Assembly (NCBI GenBank): GCA_942491735.1
Contig: CALOCN010000014.1
Span: 3,147,534-3,211,533, forward strand
DNA: 64,000 bases
Direction of reading: 5' to 3'
Origin: Candidatus Eiseniibacteriota bacterium
GTDB taxonomy: Bacteria; Eisenbacteria; RBG-16-71-46; JABDJR01
Part shown: piece by piece, positions 8,798-18,632 of the stretch
How the letters are laid out: each line of letters begins with the position of its first letter
Numbering within the stretch: position 1 is the first letter of the stretch
Notes under the pieces: model-generated
The model's input: the letters and a program-made list of their open reading frames with translations, nothing else
Databases searched by the model: none
What the model was told of the DNA's origin: nothing
Position numbers and translations under genes: made by a program

Positions 8798-11461
8798 CTA
8801 GTCCGCGCCGGGTTTGGCGTCGGGATCCTTGGTCGCCTTCGCGTCCTTCTTGGGCGTCTCATTTTTCTTCGGTGCCTCCGCGTCCTTCTTCGGCGCCTCC
8901 GCGTCCTTGGCCGGCTTGACCGCCGGCGGATCCTTCTTCGGCGGCTGGGTCGTCCGGGTGTTCCGCGGGGACTCCGGGCGGGCCACAGTCTCCGGGACGC
9001 CGGCCACCGGCGTCGCGCCCTTCATGACCGGAGTGTATCCGTCGGCCGGCACTTCATGGGGATCCAGCGTCTTGCCGCTGCGTCCCGTGGGAAGCGGTCG
9101 GACCGCCGGCACGGCCGCAACCGGTGCGGGGTCGCCATCTCCCGCCATGGCCGCTCCGGCGGTCACCGCGGCTCCGGTCGCCGCGGCCCCGGTCGCCGAG
9201 ACCGTGGCGGGATTCTGCACGACGCCATGACCGGCCGCATCGGCAGGCAGGGTGTTCTGCGCAACGGGTGCCGCTGCTCCCTGGGGGGGCGGGAGGGACG
9301 CCTCGCCCGGCTGACCGCCTTCGGCCGCATCCCGTCGTCTTCGCTCCAGGAGTTCCGCCTGGCGAGCCGCCATGCTCTGCGCCTCGGCGCTTGACTGGCC
9401 GGCCAGGGCGCCTGCCGCGGCCACCCCCGCGGCATCGCCCGTGCCGTTGGCCCCTGCCGTATTGGCTCCCGCTGGGTCGGCCGGGAGCCCCTGGGCTTCT
9501 CGCTGAGCCGCGGCCAGGGCCTGCTCGGCAAACTCCACGCTGTCCCGCGCCGCGAACAGGGCCAGGTTTTCCGGGTCCCGCAGCATGGCAAGGGTGGGGC
9601 CGTAGTAGTCCGCTTCCTCGGGTTCCCGAGCCGGACCCCGCAGGAGTCGCCGGGCGCGACGACCATACTCGGTGTTGGCATACTGGCGCATGACGTCGGC
9701 GTACTGGGCCCGGCCGCGTGCGGTGTCGGCCATCGCGTAGAACTGCACCCACGCCTGGGCCAACGCCGCCTTGCCCGCGTAGTCGGATCCGGCGAAATCG
9801 TTCTCGATCCCCCGATACTCCTCCAACGCGCGCTCCGGTTTGTCCTGCTGGAAGAGATAGAGTTCCGCCTTCATGAAACGCGCCTCGACCGCCGCCTTGT
9901 TCGCGGACCCCGACGTGTCCTGCGCCGTAGCCTGGAGCCGGGCCATGGTGTCCTTGAGGTTGCGCGCCTTGCGTTGCGCGGCGTCGGTGAAAGCCGAGCG
10001 TCCCTGGGTGGATACCTTCTCGTAGGCTGCTTGCGCCTCGGGAAAGTCCTCGAGGTAGATCTCGCAGGTGTAGCCGATCTGGTACTGGGCCTCGGCCGCG
10101 AACGGAGTGCGGGGATACTCCGCCACCACCTGCTCGTAGGCCTCGATCGCGTCCCACGGGCGCTCCATCTTGGCCAGCACCGTCCCCTCGCGCAGCATGA
10201 CCTTGGCCAGTTCACGTTCCGCTTCGTTGTTGATGTCACGCACCCGCTTGCGTTGCTGTTCCTGCTGGGCCTGGGCCTGGGCTCGCGCCGCGTTGGGGTC
10301 GACCTGGTTGGCCAACTCGGTCGGACTCGGCACGGTGACGCCCTGCGGCAGTTCGTCTTCGTTGTTGGGAAGGTTCGGATTCCGTGGGTCCGGGGACGGA
10401 TTCCCGGTGGTGTTGTTCGGGTTGTTCGGGTCGTTGGTGGCAAACAGGTTCGGATCGTTGGGGTTGGTCGAGGCCGGCGTCGCACCCCGCACGCCCAGGG
10501 AGTCCCCGTTGTCGGCCAGGAACTGCCGGGCCGCGATGGAGTCCTGGTAGGCAGCCTCCGCCGCGGCCTGGAGGTCCGCCTCCAGTTGCTGCCGCTCGGC
10601 CCCGCTCATCCGACCGCCGAAGACATTGGGATCGAGGTCCCGCGCCAAACCCACGTACAACCCATAGGCCTCGTCGAGACGCCCCTGTCGCTCGAAGCAG
10701 TCCCCCAGATGGAGAATCGCTTCCTGGCGTTGCTCGGCGTGGGGCGAACGGCCTGCGACCTGGTTGAAGTAGGACTCCGCCTCCTCGTACTGACCTCGTT
10801 CCAGGAGGACCCGGCCCAGACGCAGTCGCGCGTCCCACTCGCGGTCCCCACCCGGGTCGTCAGCGAGAAAGGCCAGAAAGGCGGCCTCCGCCGACTCGAG
10901 GTCCCGTTCGTTCCACTCCGCGTCGGCGAGCAGGTACTCCACTTCGTCCCGTTCGTCGAAATCCGGATAGGAGGCCAGCAACGTGGTCCAGGTCTCCGCC
11001 GCCGTCTCGTAGTTCTCCAGGGCAAACTCGGTTCGCCCCAGCCAGAACCAGGAATCGGGGACCAGGTTGCTGTCGGGAAAGCGCTGCGGGAAACGGGAGA
11101 ATCCCTGGCGCGCCGCGAGGTAGTCCCGCCGCCCGTAGTAGGCCTTGGCCCGCAGGAGATGGGCGTCGTCCTGCCACTTGCTGCCGGGGTAGTTGGCGAT
11201 CATCTTGTCGCACTTCTCGATGCAACTGTTGTAGAGGCCGGCCGAGCGGCTGCCGCGGGTGCCGCTCTGCGCGCTGAGGTTGGCGCCCGCGCGCGCCTCG
11301 GTGCGTGCCGCGCCCTCCGCGTCCCCGTAGTATTTCTTGGCGTGGTAGAAGGTGTTGTAGTAGGCGCACCCCCCGAGCGAGCCGGACAGGGACAGCACCA
11401 CCACCAGCGCGCCGGCGCCTCGAAGTGCTCTCCTGATCATCCTGCCCGGTGTCGCCATCAC
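8798..11461 (-). CDS. large TPR-repeat lipoprotein with low-complexity Asn/Pro-rich and Lys/Ala/Glu-repeat regions
   Basis: 887 aa. It has a signal peptide plus lipobox (LSGSLGGC) and many TPR-like helices. Internal NPNDPN...NPNNTTGNP and C-terminal KDAEAPKK repeats are visible in both the DNA and the protein. It ends 9 bp upstream of pyrK. Confidence 0.75.
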   Translation of the reverse strand: MMATPGRMIRRALRGAGALVVVLSLSGSLGGCAYYNTFYHAKKYYGDAEGAARTEARAGANLSAQSGTRGSRSAGLYNSCIEKCDKMIANYPGSKWQDDAHLLRAKAYYGRRDYLAARQGFSRFPQRFPDSNLVPDSWFWLGRTEFALENYETAAETWTTLLASYPDFDERDEVEYLLADAEWNERDLESAEAAFLAFLADDPGGDREWDARLRLGRVLLERGQYEEAESYFNQVAGRSPHAEQRQEAILHLGDCFERQGRLDEAYGLYVGLARDLDPNVFGGRMSGAERQQLEADLQAAAEAAYQDSIAARQFLADNGDSLGVRGATPASTNPNDPNLFATNDPNNPNNTTGNPSPDPRNPNLPNNEDELPQGVTVPSPTELANQVDPNAARAQAQAQQEQQRKRVRDINNEAERELAKVMLREGTVLAKMERPWDAIEAYEQVVAEYPRTPFAAEAQYQIGYTCEIYLEDFPEAQAAYEKVSTQGRSAFTDAAQRKARNLKDTMARLQATAQDTSGSANKAAVEARFMKAELYLFQQDKPERALEEYRGIENDFAGSDYAGKAALAQAWVQFYAMADTARGRAQYADVMRQYANTEYGRRARRLLRGPAREPEEADYYGPTLAMLRDPENLALFAARDSVEFAEQALAAAQREAQGLPADPAGANTAGANGTGDAAGVAAAGALAGQSSAEAQSMAARQAELLERRRRDAAEGGQPGEASLPPPQGAAAPVAQNTLPADAAGHGVVQNPATVSATGAAATGAAVTAGAAMAGDGDPAPVAAVPAVRPLPTGRSGKTLDPHEVPADGYTPVMKGATPVAGVPETVARPESPRNTRTTQPPKKDPPAVKPAKDAEAPKKDAEAPKKNETPKKDAKATKDPDAKPGAD

Positions 11462-11678
11462 GATGCGCGGTCTCCCTCTACCAGTAAGCCAATATACGAC
11501 AGATGCTTAGATTCTCCTACGGGGGGAGGGTCCCCCAACGAGCTACAACACACCCTTCAACCCTTGTACTACCCGTGAATCTCCTCGGAGTTCCCATCCG
11601 AAACCGAACCAACGCGGGCGCTAACACCCGCTCCCGTGGTCGGTTGGCCCCACCGCCCTGTTGGGTCACAATAGCCCG

Positions 11679-13127
11679 ATGAACAAGCGTCACCTCTGGG
11701 TTGCCGGCGCCCTGGCCGGGCTGTTCCTTGGCGGGTGTGCTTCCGGGCCCAAGCCCCGGGGGCTTGCCGGGGTCGGCGCCTGCGCGGTGGGGCCCACGGA
11801 GAACCAGGCACCGCGCCCCCTGCGGGTCCTGCTTTCCGACGCGGTGCTCCCCGAGCACGCGCCCAATCCCACCAACGAGGCGGAGCGTCTGGTCTTTCGG
11901 CAGCTCTACGCCGGTCTGGTGCGCTGGGACTGCGACGGCAAGGCCCAACCCGACCTGGCGCGGTCCTGGGAAGGGCGCGAAGCCGGTCGCATCTGGACCT
12001 TCACCCTGGAGTCGGAGGCCCGTTTCCATGACGGATCACCGATCGACGCCGGGTCGGTGCGCCGGGCCTGGACCGCGAACGCGGCTCGCCCCCGGGGTGG
12101 CGCCGGCGTCTGGGCCTGGGTGGATCCGGAGTCGGTGACCGTGGTGGATTCCCGGCGCCTGGAGGTACGGCTGCATCGCGCCCTCGAGGACGCCCCCATC
12201 CTGTTTGCCCACCCGGGACTGGCCGTCACCGGCGAGGCGACCCATCGGGATTGGCCGTCGGGATCGGGCCCCTACCGGGTGGCTTCGGTGTCCGCGAGCC
12301 GGTTGTCCCTGGAGCCGGCGCTCGACGACAAGGGACGCCCCCGCGCCCTGTCCCCCATTGACTTCGCCCTGCGGCCGGGGGATGACGTGCGGGACTGGCT
12401 GGCCGAGGCCGACCTCGCCCTCACCCGCCTCCCCGCGGTGCGGGAGTTCGCCGGGACGCTGGGTTTCGCCGAGGCCGACCTCGGTCCCACCCACGCCTAT
12501 GTGCTGATCTCCCCCCGGCTCGACGGCGCGGAGCCGGCCAGGATGGACCCCGGGTTGCGTGAGGACCTGGTCCGCGACGCGACCGGGAACGCGCGGGCGC
12601 CCGGGTTCGACCTGTTGTGGATTCCGTGGCAGGAGAGCCCGCAGCCTACCGAAACACTCCTGGGCACCCGCAACCGCATCGTCTTTGGCCCCGACGCCGA
12701 GGCGCGCCGGTTGGCCGAGCGTCTCAGCGCAGTGACCCGGGCCGGCGACACCGGCGCCACCGACGACGTTCTGGCCCGCGTCTTTCCCGATGCCAACGAC
12801 ACGGAGCCGTCCGCGGTGGAGTTGACATCCGAGGCGCTGGCGCGGGCGGTGGGGGACGGGCAGGACCGCGCCTATGTCCTGGCCCTTCGCCGATTCGACT
12901 CCGGATACGCCACCGCGATCGCCGGTCTCAGCGGCGCCCCCTGGTTGGCCGGCCTGCCGGTGATGCGTGGCGTGGCCGATCCCCAGGCGCTGCAGGGGGC
13001 CCTGGCCCCGCTTCTGGAGACCCGCACCACGGTGCTGTATCGCGGGGACCTCGGGCCCTTCCGGATCGACGGCGACGGGACCCTCCGGTTGGAAGCGGCC
13101 GGCGGGCCGGTGGAGCCGTTGCCGTGA
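11679..13127 (+). CDS. family-5 solute-binding-protein-like lipoprotein
   Basis: MNKRHLWVAGALAGLFLGGCASG gives a lipoprotein signal. LARSWEGREAGRIWTFTLESEARFHDGSPIDAGSV matches the SBP_bac_5 signature. Its stop overlaps the kinase GTG start (GTGA). Confidence 0.75.
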   Translation: MNKRHLWVAGALAGLFLGGCASGPKPRGLAGVGACAVGPTENQAPRPLRVLLSDAVLPEHAPNPTNEAERLVFRQLYAGLVRWDCDGKAQPDLARSWEGREAGRIWTFTLESEARFHDGSPIDAGSVRRAWTANAARPRGGAGVWAWVDPESVTVVDSRRLEVRLHRALEDAPILFAHPGLAVTGEATHRDWPSGSGPYRVASVSASRLSLEPALDDKGRPRALSPIDFALRPGDDVRDWLAEADLALTRLPAVREFAGTLGFAEADLGPTHAYVLISPRLDGAEPARMDPGLREDLVRDATGNARAPGFDLLWIPWQESPQPTETLLGTRNRIVFGPDAEARRLAERLSAVTRAGDTGATDDVLARVFPDANDTEPSAVELTSEALARAVGDGQDRAYVLALRRFDSGYATAIAGLSGAPWLAGLPVMRGVADPQALQGALAPLLETRTTVLYRGDLGPFRIDGDGTLRLEAAGGPVEPLP

Positions 13128-14875
13128 GTCTCCGGCTACGCATTCTCCTGGGGTCCTGTCTGTTGGCGTTGATCCCCATTCTCGTGCTCGGGATCGGGGT
13201 GCGGCACGAGGTCACCGCCCGGCTCTCGGGCCAGTACACCGAGAACGTCGAGGCCATGGCGGCCTACCTGGAGACCGAGTTCACCGAGGAGTCCTCGGAG
13301 CTCGAGGTCAAGCTCACCGCCCTCGCGGCGGAGATCCGCGAGGACAACCGTTTTCGGCTGGCCCTGCTCGACGAGGCGGGCGGCGCCGACGAGGCTCCCT
13401 ACCTGCGGGACTTTGCCCAGCGGGCCATGGGACTGATGGGTCTCGCGGTGCTCCAGGTCCAGGATGCGCGGGGACGGATCCTGAGTTCGGGTCACTTCCG
13501 CAACGAGTACGGTCGGGAAGAACTCCAGGTGCTCCGGGCCCTGGCCGCCGCTCCCCAGGGCACCGGCCTCCTCAACGCCCGCACCCCCGAGGGAACGCTG
13601 CTGGGGTTGGCCCGGGTGGACTCGTTGCGGATGGGCGCGACGCGTTTGTACCTGGTCGCCGGCATCCCCATCGAGCGCCGCTTCCTACGGGGGCTCGCTC
13701 CACGCGGGTCGGTCACCCTCGTGCACCCGGGCGGCGTGCGCTCCAGCGACAACACACTCGCGGCGCGCATGGATTCCGTCCTTGCCGCGGGGGGGCCCTG
13801 GCGCGATGCCCTGCCCACGACCGCCTATCGGGTCCTCACCCACCCGGTTCCCATGGTGGTCGCATCGGGCGAAGACGCGAAGCTGGTCCAGGCGCAGTTC
13901 GTGGTGAGCTATCCCCTCGATGCCCTCACCCGGACCACCCGCAACCTGACCCTGTGGCTGCTGGTCGCCGGCGGGGTGGTCGCGGCCGGTGCGTTGGGCT
14001 TCGCGATCTGGCTTTCCTTCCGCCTGAGTCGACCCATCGCGGAGTTGGCCCGGGCCACCACCACCATCGACCTGGACCGGCTGGAGACCCGGCTCCCGGC
14101 CGGCCGCAGCGACGAGGTGGGCACCCTGTCCCGGTTCCTGGTCGACATGACCCGGCGTCTGCGGGCCAGCGCGAGCCGGTTGCAACAGGCGGAACGCCGG
14201 GCCACCCGGGGCGAGCTGGCGCGCCAGATCAATCACGACATCCGCAACGGCCTCACCCCCATCCGCAATGTGTTGCGGCATGTGTCCTCGGTGGCCGAGG
14301 AGTCCCCGGATCAGCTTCCCGCGGTCTACGCGGAACGCCGGGCAACGCTCGAGTCCAGCGTGGAGTACCTGGAGACCCTGGCCGCCAACTACGCGCGCCT
14401 CTCCCCCCGGATGGTGCGGGAGGCGACCGATGTGAACGGGGTGATCCGCGAGGCGGTCCACGAGGACGACGGCGCCCGGGTGCAGTTGCGGCTGGAGTCG
14501 CGATTGCCCCGGGCCATGGTGGACCCGGTTTCGTTGCGGCGCATCGTGGAGAACCTGGTGCGCAACGGGATCGAGAGCCTCGAGGGCGGGGGCACGGTCA
14601 CGGTGACCACGGAGTCCGCGGAAGACACGGTGCGGGTCACGGTGCGCGATACCGGAGTGGGGATCCCGGAGGAAGAGCAGGACCGGGTCTTCCAGGACTT
14701 CTTCAGCACCAAGGAGAGCGGGTCCGGGTTGGGGCTCTCCATCGTGCGCCGCCTGGTTTCGGACAATCATGGACGACTGACATTGACCAGCACCACCGGA
14801 GCGGGAACCTCGGTCAGCTTCACCCTGCCCCGGGCGACGGGTGCGGCGGCGAGTCCCGGCAAGGAGCCTTCATGA
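13124..14875 (+). CDS. sensor histidine kinase (two TM segments, ~270-aa periplasmic domain, HAMP, HisKA, HATPase)
   Basis: GTG start in VSLRLRILLGSCLLALIPILVLGI (TM1). TM2 is LTLWLLVAGGVVAAGALGFAIWL. The H-box is ELARQINHDIRNGLTP, and the N and G boxes are VRNGIESL and DTGVGIP...GSGLGLSIV. Its stop overlaps the regulator ATG (ATGA). Confidence 0.85.
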   Translation: MSLRLRILLGSCLLALIPILVLGIGVRHEVTARLSGQYTENVEAMAAYLETEFTEESSELEVKLTALAAEIREDNRFRLALLDEAGGADEAPYLRDFAQRAMGLMGLAVLQVQDARGRILSSGHFRNEYGREELQVLRALAAAPQGTGLLNARTPEGTLLGLARVDSLRMGATRLYLVAGIPIERRFLRGLAPRGSVTLVHPGGVRSSDNTLAARMDSVLAAGGPWRDALPTTAYRVLTHPVPMVVASGEDAKLVQAQFVVSYPLDALTRTTRNLTLWLLVAGGVVAAGALGFAIWLSFRLSRPIAELARATTTIDLDRLETRLPAGRSDEVGTLSRFLVDMTRRLRASASRLQQAERRATRGELARQINHDIRNGLTPIRNVLRHVSSVAEESPDQLPAVYAERRATLESSVEYLETLAANYARLSPRMVREATDVNGVIREAVHEDDGARVQLRLESRLPRAMVDPVSLRRIVENLVRNGIESLEGGGTVTVTTESAEDTVRVTVRDTGVGIPEEEQDRVFQDFFSTKESGSGLGLSIVRRLVSDNHGRLTLTSTTGAGTSVSFTLPRATGAAASPGKEPS

Positions 14876-16233
14876 GCGTTGTTCTTGTTGTCGACGATGT
14901 CCCGGCCCTGTGCGAGCAGTACGCCTACGATCTGAAACGGATCGGCGGCTACGGGACGCTCACCGCGACCTCGGGGCGCCAGGCCCTGGACATGCTGGAG
15001 AGCGAGGCGGTGGACTGCATGGTCCTGGACCTGGAAATGCCCGGCATGGACGGGTTCGAGGTGCTGACCCGCCTCGCGGAGGAACGGCGCACCCTCCCGG
15101 TCATCGTCTACACCAGCACCGGGGACTTCGATCGCTGTGTCCGGGCGGTCAAGCTGGGAGCCCACGGGTTCATCGACAAGTCGGAACCGGTGGAGCGGGT
15201 GGCGCACGAGATCGCCAACGCCCTGGAACGGTCGCGGCTGCGGGGCGAGGTGTCGGAATTGCGGCGGCGCCTGGGGTCGGAGTCCCCTCTCCTGGGGGAA
15301 AGCCCGGCCATGGAGACCCTACGGACCCGGATCGGCAAGCTGGCCCCCATCCCGAGCCCGGTCCTGATCCTGGGGGAAAGCGGAACCGGCAAGGAACTGG
15401 TGGCGCGGGCGCTGCACACCGGCAGCGGCCGCAAGGGGTCCTTCCTGGCCATCAACTGTGCCGCGCTCCCGGAGAACCTGGTGGAGAGCGAGCTCTTTGG
15501 CCATGAGAAGGGCGCGTTCACCGGGGCGGAACGGCTTCGCCGCGGTGCGTTCGAGTCCGCGGCGGGAGGGACGCTCTTTCTCGATGAGATCGGCGAGCTG
15601 CCCCAGGCCATGCAGGCCAAGATGCTGCGGGTGCTGGAGGAATCGGTGGTGACCCGGGTGGGGGGCACGCGCACCGTCGCGGTCACCGCGCGGGTGGTGG
15701 CGGCGACCAACCGCAACCTGGATCACGAGGTGACCGAGGGGCGCTTTCGCGAGGACCTGCTCTACCGGCTCAACGTGCACACGGTGGCGGTCCCGCCGTT
15801 GCGGGAGCGGCTGGGGGATGTGCCGCTGTTGGCGGCGCGGTTCGTGGAGTCGGTCTGCGCGAACCTGGGCGTGCGGGCCAAGAACCTGGACCCGGACGCA
15901 ACGCGGGTGCTCAAGGCGTACGACTGGAAACGCAACAACGTGCGCGAGCTGCGCAATATCGTGGAGCGCATGGTCATCGCCGCGGACGGGGAAACGATCG
16001 AGGCGGAGCATGTCCCGGACGAGGTGCTGGAAGGCGGACCACGCCCCCAGGGGGGCGGGCCCGCGGTGACGCTCAAGGATCGCAAGCTGGAGGCGGAGCG
16101 CGGGATCCTGGTGGAGGCGTTGGAGCGCAACGACTGGCACATCACGAATACCGCGAAGGAGCTGGGGCTGGCGGACCATGCGAGCCTGCTCAAGATCATG
16201 CGGCGACATGACCTGAAACGCCCGGGGTCGTAG
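14872..16233 (+). CDS. sigma-54-dependent response regulator (NtrC family: REC + AAA+ + HTH)
   Basis: Receiver domain (VLVVDD...LDLEMPGMDG), Walker A (GESGTGKE), GAFTGA motif (GHEKGAFTGAE) and a C-terminal Fis-type HTH. Confidence 0.9.
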   Translation: MSVVLVVDDVPALCEQYAYDLKRIGGYGTLTATSGRQALDMLESEAVDCMVLDLEMPGMDGFEVLTRLAEERRTLPVIVYTSTGDFDRCVRAVKLGAHGFIDKSEPVERVAHEIANALERSRLRGEVSELRRRLGSESPLLGESPAMETLRTRIGKLAPIPSPVLILGESGTGKELVARALHTGSGRKGSFLAINCAALPENLVESELFGHEKGAFTGAERLRRGAFESAAGGTLFLDEIGELPQAMQAKMLRVLEESVVTRVGGTRTVAVTARVVAATNRNLDHEVTEGRFREDLLYRLNVHTVAVPPLRERLGDVPLLAARFVESVCANLGVRAKNLDPDATRVLKAYDWKRNNVRELRNIVERMVIAADGETIEAEHVPDEVLEGGPRPQGGGPAVTLKDRKLEAERGILVEALERNDWHITNTAKELGLADHASLLKIMRRHDLKRPGS

Positions 16234-16286
16234 GGAACGAACCCCGGGCGCATCGTACGGTCTGGACCAGGGACCCTATCCCTGTA

Positions 16287-18632
16287 CTAGAACCCGAACC
16301 CTCCCGTGGGGACGTACACTTTCTTCCATGCCGTCCAGTCACTGTACTGCGTGCCGCTGGTCACGGCACGGACCTTGTACTTCCACCACTGGCCCTGGGT
16401 GGGCGTGGCGTCGTTGTAGCTCGTCGTCGACGAAGTGAACGTGGCCGGGGTTCCCGAGGGCCAGGGCTGACGCTCGATCTCGTAGTGGTCGATGGTCCCG
16501 CAGGTTGCCGTCGAGGCACTCCAGGACACGTTAACCACGCCGGGAATCGCGCCCAGGGTGAGGCCGCTGGGGCTTGTTGCGTACGGAATCGTGATCTCCA
16601 ACTCCCCGGTTCCGATCGAGAGCACACTGCTCGCGTTCTCCGCGAACACCTCGTAGTCGTGCAGGGTGGTGGAACAGGAAGAGACGGATGCATCCTGGTA
16701 GTACGTATTGGTGGTGCGGGCGAGCTCGGCCCCATCCCGGTACACGACGTATTCGTCCAGGCATCCGTTCGAGGGAACCGCGTCCCAGGTCAGCGTGACC
16801 GGGAACCCCGCCGAAGCGGTCGCGTCGGCCAGGTTGGTCGGTGCATCCACCGACGTGGCGTTCAGGTTGGTCGCCGAGGATACCCGGTCCACCTCGTCCA
16901 CCGACTTGACCTGGTAGGTCACGGTCGTGCAGCCCGCAGCCCCGGTGTCCTCATACTCCAGGGCGAGCCCGGTGTAGATGGGGGTCCCTCCCCCGTTTCG
17001 ATACAGGCGGTACTCCGTCACTTGCGAGTAGGTCCCATCCGCGGCGTTCCAGGCTATCGTGGGAGGGTTTCCCACGGTCTGAGTCACCGTGCTGGGAGGG
17101 TACGGATCGGTTCGATCGGCAACGTAGGTGCCGCCGACCTGCACCGAACCCAGCGTTGCGTGCGTAGCGGTCACGGAGAAGGTGTGCACACCCTCGGGTG
17201 CGTTTCCTCCTTCATAGACCAACGCCACGTCAACGACCTCGGTCTGCCCTCCCCCCACGCTGATGCTGGAGACCATGCTCAGCGAGAAGCCCGTCGGTGG
17301 CGTACCGGAGAGGCTGAAGAGCTCGGCTGCACCACAGCTGTTGTTGGTCAGATGGAGATCGAAGGGAACGGTCACCAGGCCGGACTTGGGTAATCCGGCG
17401 TTGACCACGCGATTCTCATCGAACGAGGCGGTTGGACCCGCCGGCGTGTAGGTGACGTCGACCGTGGCGCCGCTGGAGTCGCTGCTGACAAAGTCGATGG
17501 TGATCCCATCCAGGGTGATCGACGAGTTGGTGGCGTCGAGAATCGCCTCCAACTCGGACTCGAGGCCATCCTCGCGCTGGACGAGGACCTTCGAGAAGTA
17601 GTCCACTCCCCACACGCTGGTGTTCCCGGTCATGGAGCGGAAAAAGCTGGTGCCATCGAAGGATCCCGCCACCGGGTATCGATAGGACAGGTAGAGACTG
17701 TAAGTCCCGCCGTCGACACGCAGGACCTGGGGGTCCGTCCCCGGGGTCGCGGCCAAGGGGGCGATGGCCTGGCCCGAGACATCGCAGCTGATGACTTCCG
17801 GGCTCACCCACCCCGCCTGCACCTTGTGGTACCCGTGGAAGTGTCGATGAGGGAGGTTGTTCCCACCGAGAACCGGGGACCCCATTACGCAGGACAGGTC
17901 ACGGTAGCCTACCCCGACGTTGCCGAGGTTACCCGAGGGAACCGAAGGATCATGGTCGTCCGCATGCCGAATCAGGAAATTGTCCCGGATCCGGTGTCCC
18001 AGTTCATGGGAAAAGAATCCTGGAATATGCCAGGCATTGACCTCGATGTTCATCTCACCACCGGCCGCCTCCCCGGCCTGGCCCCCGCACTCGTTCTGGG
18101 CATTCGGGGTCACCCAGATCACCCGTTGGAACTGACCAGGAGTCTCCAGGTCGTAGCCTTCCGTCAGGGCCTGGGCGATCGCCTTTTCCTGCCAGCACGG
18201 CTTGTCGCATGGGCTGTCGTCGATTTCGCCGCAATCCTCGTTCGGGTCGAGGGTCGACATCACATAGGGGCCAAGAACCGTCCCGCTTATCTGTAGTGCG
18301 CCGTACGACATCTCCTCGAACAGCTCAGCCACCGAGAAGTCGTTCTCGGAGTCCCACAACGTTTCGAGGTAGGTGCCGGCGCTTGCGTCGAACATGATCT
18401 CGTCAATGATGGTGGCTGCCTCGTCCCCATCTGCGGCGGGAGACCAATCGGAGCCCACCGGCTCCACCAGGACCACCGCGACACTCATGGTATCGACCGA
18501 GGCGAGACCGAAGAGTCCGGGGGCGCTCCCGGGTCGGGTCGGAATTCCGTTCTCGTCGCTCTCGCCACAGGAGAGAGTCAACACGGCCAACAACAGCGTC
18601 AGGGGAATCAACAGTCGTTTGGAGTACCACAT
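16287..18632 (-). CDS. secreted zinc metallopeptidase lipoprotein (HExxH) with C-terminal Fn3/Ig-like beta-sandwich repeats
   Basis: The start is placed at MWYSKRLLIPLTLLLAVLTLSCGES (lipobox). The HELGH zinc motif is present, with repeated Thr/Ser-rich beta-rich modules (YRLYRNGG..., YVVYRDGAEL...) resembling Fn3 C-terminally. GC looks somewhat lower than in neighbouring genes. Confidence 0.75.
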   Translation of the reverse strand: MWYSKRLLIPLTLLLAVLTLSCGESDENGIPTRPGSAPGLFGLASVDTMSVAVVLVEPVGSDWSPAADGDEAATIIDEIMFDASAGTYLETLWDSENDFSVAELFEEMSYGALQISGTVLGPYVMSTLDPNEDCGEIDDSPCDKPCWQEKAIAQALTEGYDLETPGQFQRVIWVTPNAQNECGGQAGEAAGGEMNIEVNAWHIPGFFSHELGHRIRDNFLIRHADDHDPSVPSGNLGNVGVGYRDLSCVMGSPVLGGNNLPHRHFHGYHKVQAGWVSPEVISCDVSGQAIAPLAATPGTDPQVLRVDGGTYSLYLSYRYPVAGSFDGTSFFRSMTGNTSVWGVDYFSKVLVQREDGLESELEAILDATNSSITLDGITIDFVSSDSSGATVDVTYTPAGPTASFDENRVVNAGLPKSGLVTVPFDLHLTNNSCGAAELFSLSGTPPTGFSLSMVSSISVGGGQTEVVDVALVYEGGNAPEGVHTFSVTATHATLGSVQVGGTYVADRTDPYPPSTVTQTVGNPPTIAWNAADGTYSQVTEYRLYRNGGGTPIYTGLALEYEDTGAAGCTTVTYQVKSVDEVDRVSSATNLNATSVDAPTNLADATASAGFPVTLTWDAVPSNGCLDEYVVYRDGAELARTTNTYYQDASVSSCSTTLHDYEVFAENASSVLSIGTGELEITIPYATSPSGLTLGAIPGVVNVSWSASTATCGTIDHYEIERQPWPSGTPATFTSSTTSYNDATPTQGQWWKYKVRAVTSGTQYSDWTAWKKVYVPTGGFGF

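Noticed and set aside
12617-13123. 5' portions of the tracked 752-aa and 1088-aa plus-strand ORFs that overlap the SBP gene.
   Set aside because: These are out-of-frame read-through of open antisense frames. The true kinase and regulator starts are the GTG and ATG embedded in the upstream stop codons (GTGA/ATGA).
15319-16209. 296-aa minus-strand ORF inside the sigma-54 regulator gene.
   Set aside because: It is antisense to a gene with Walker A/GAFTGA/HTH motifs, and its own translation is low-complexity.
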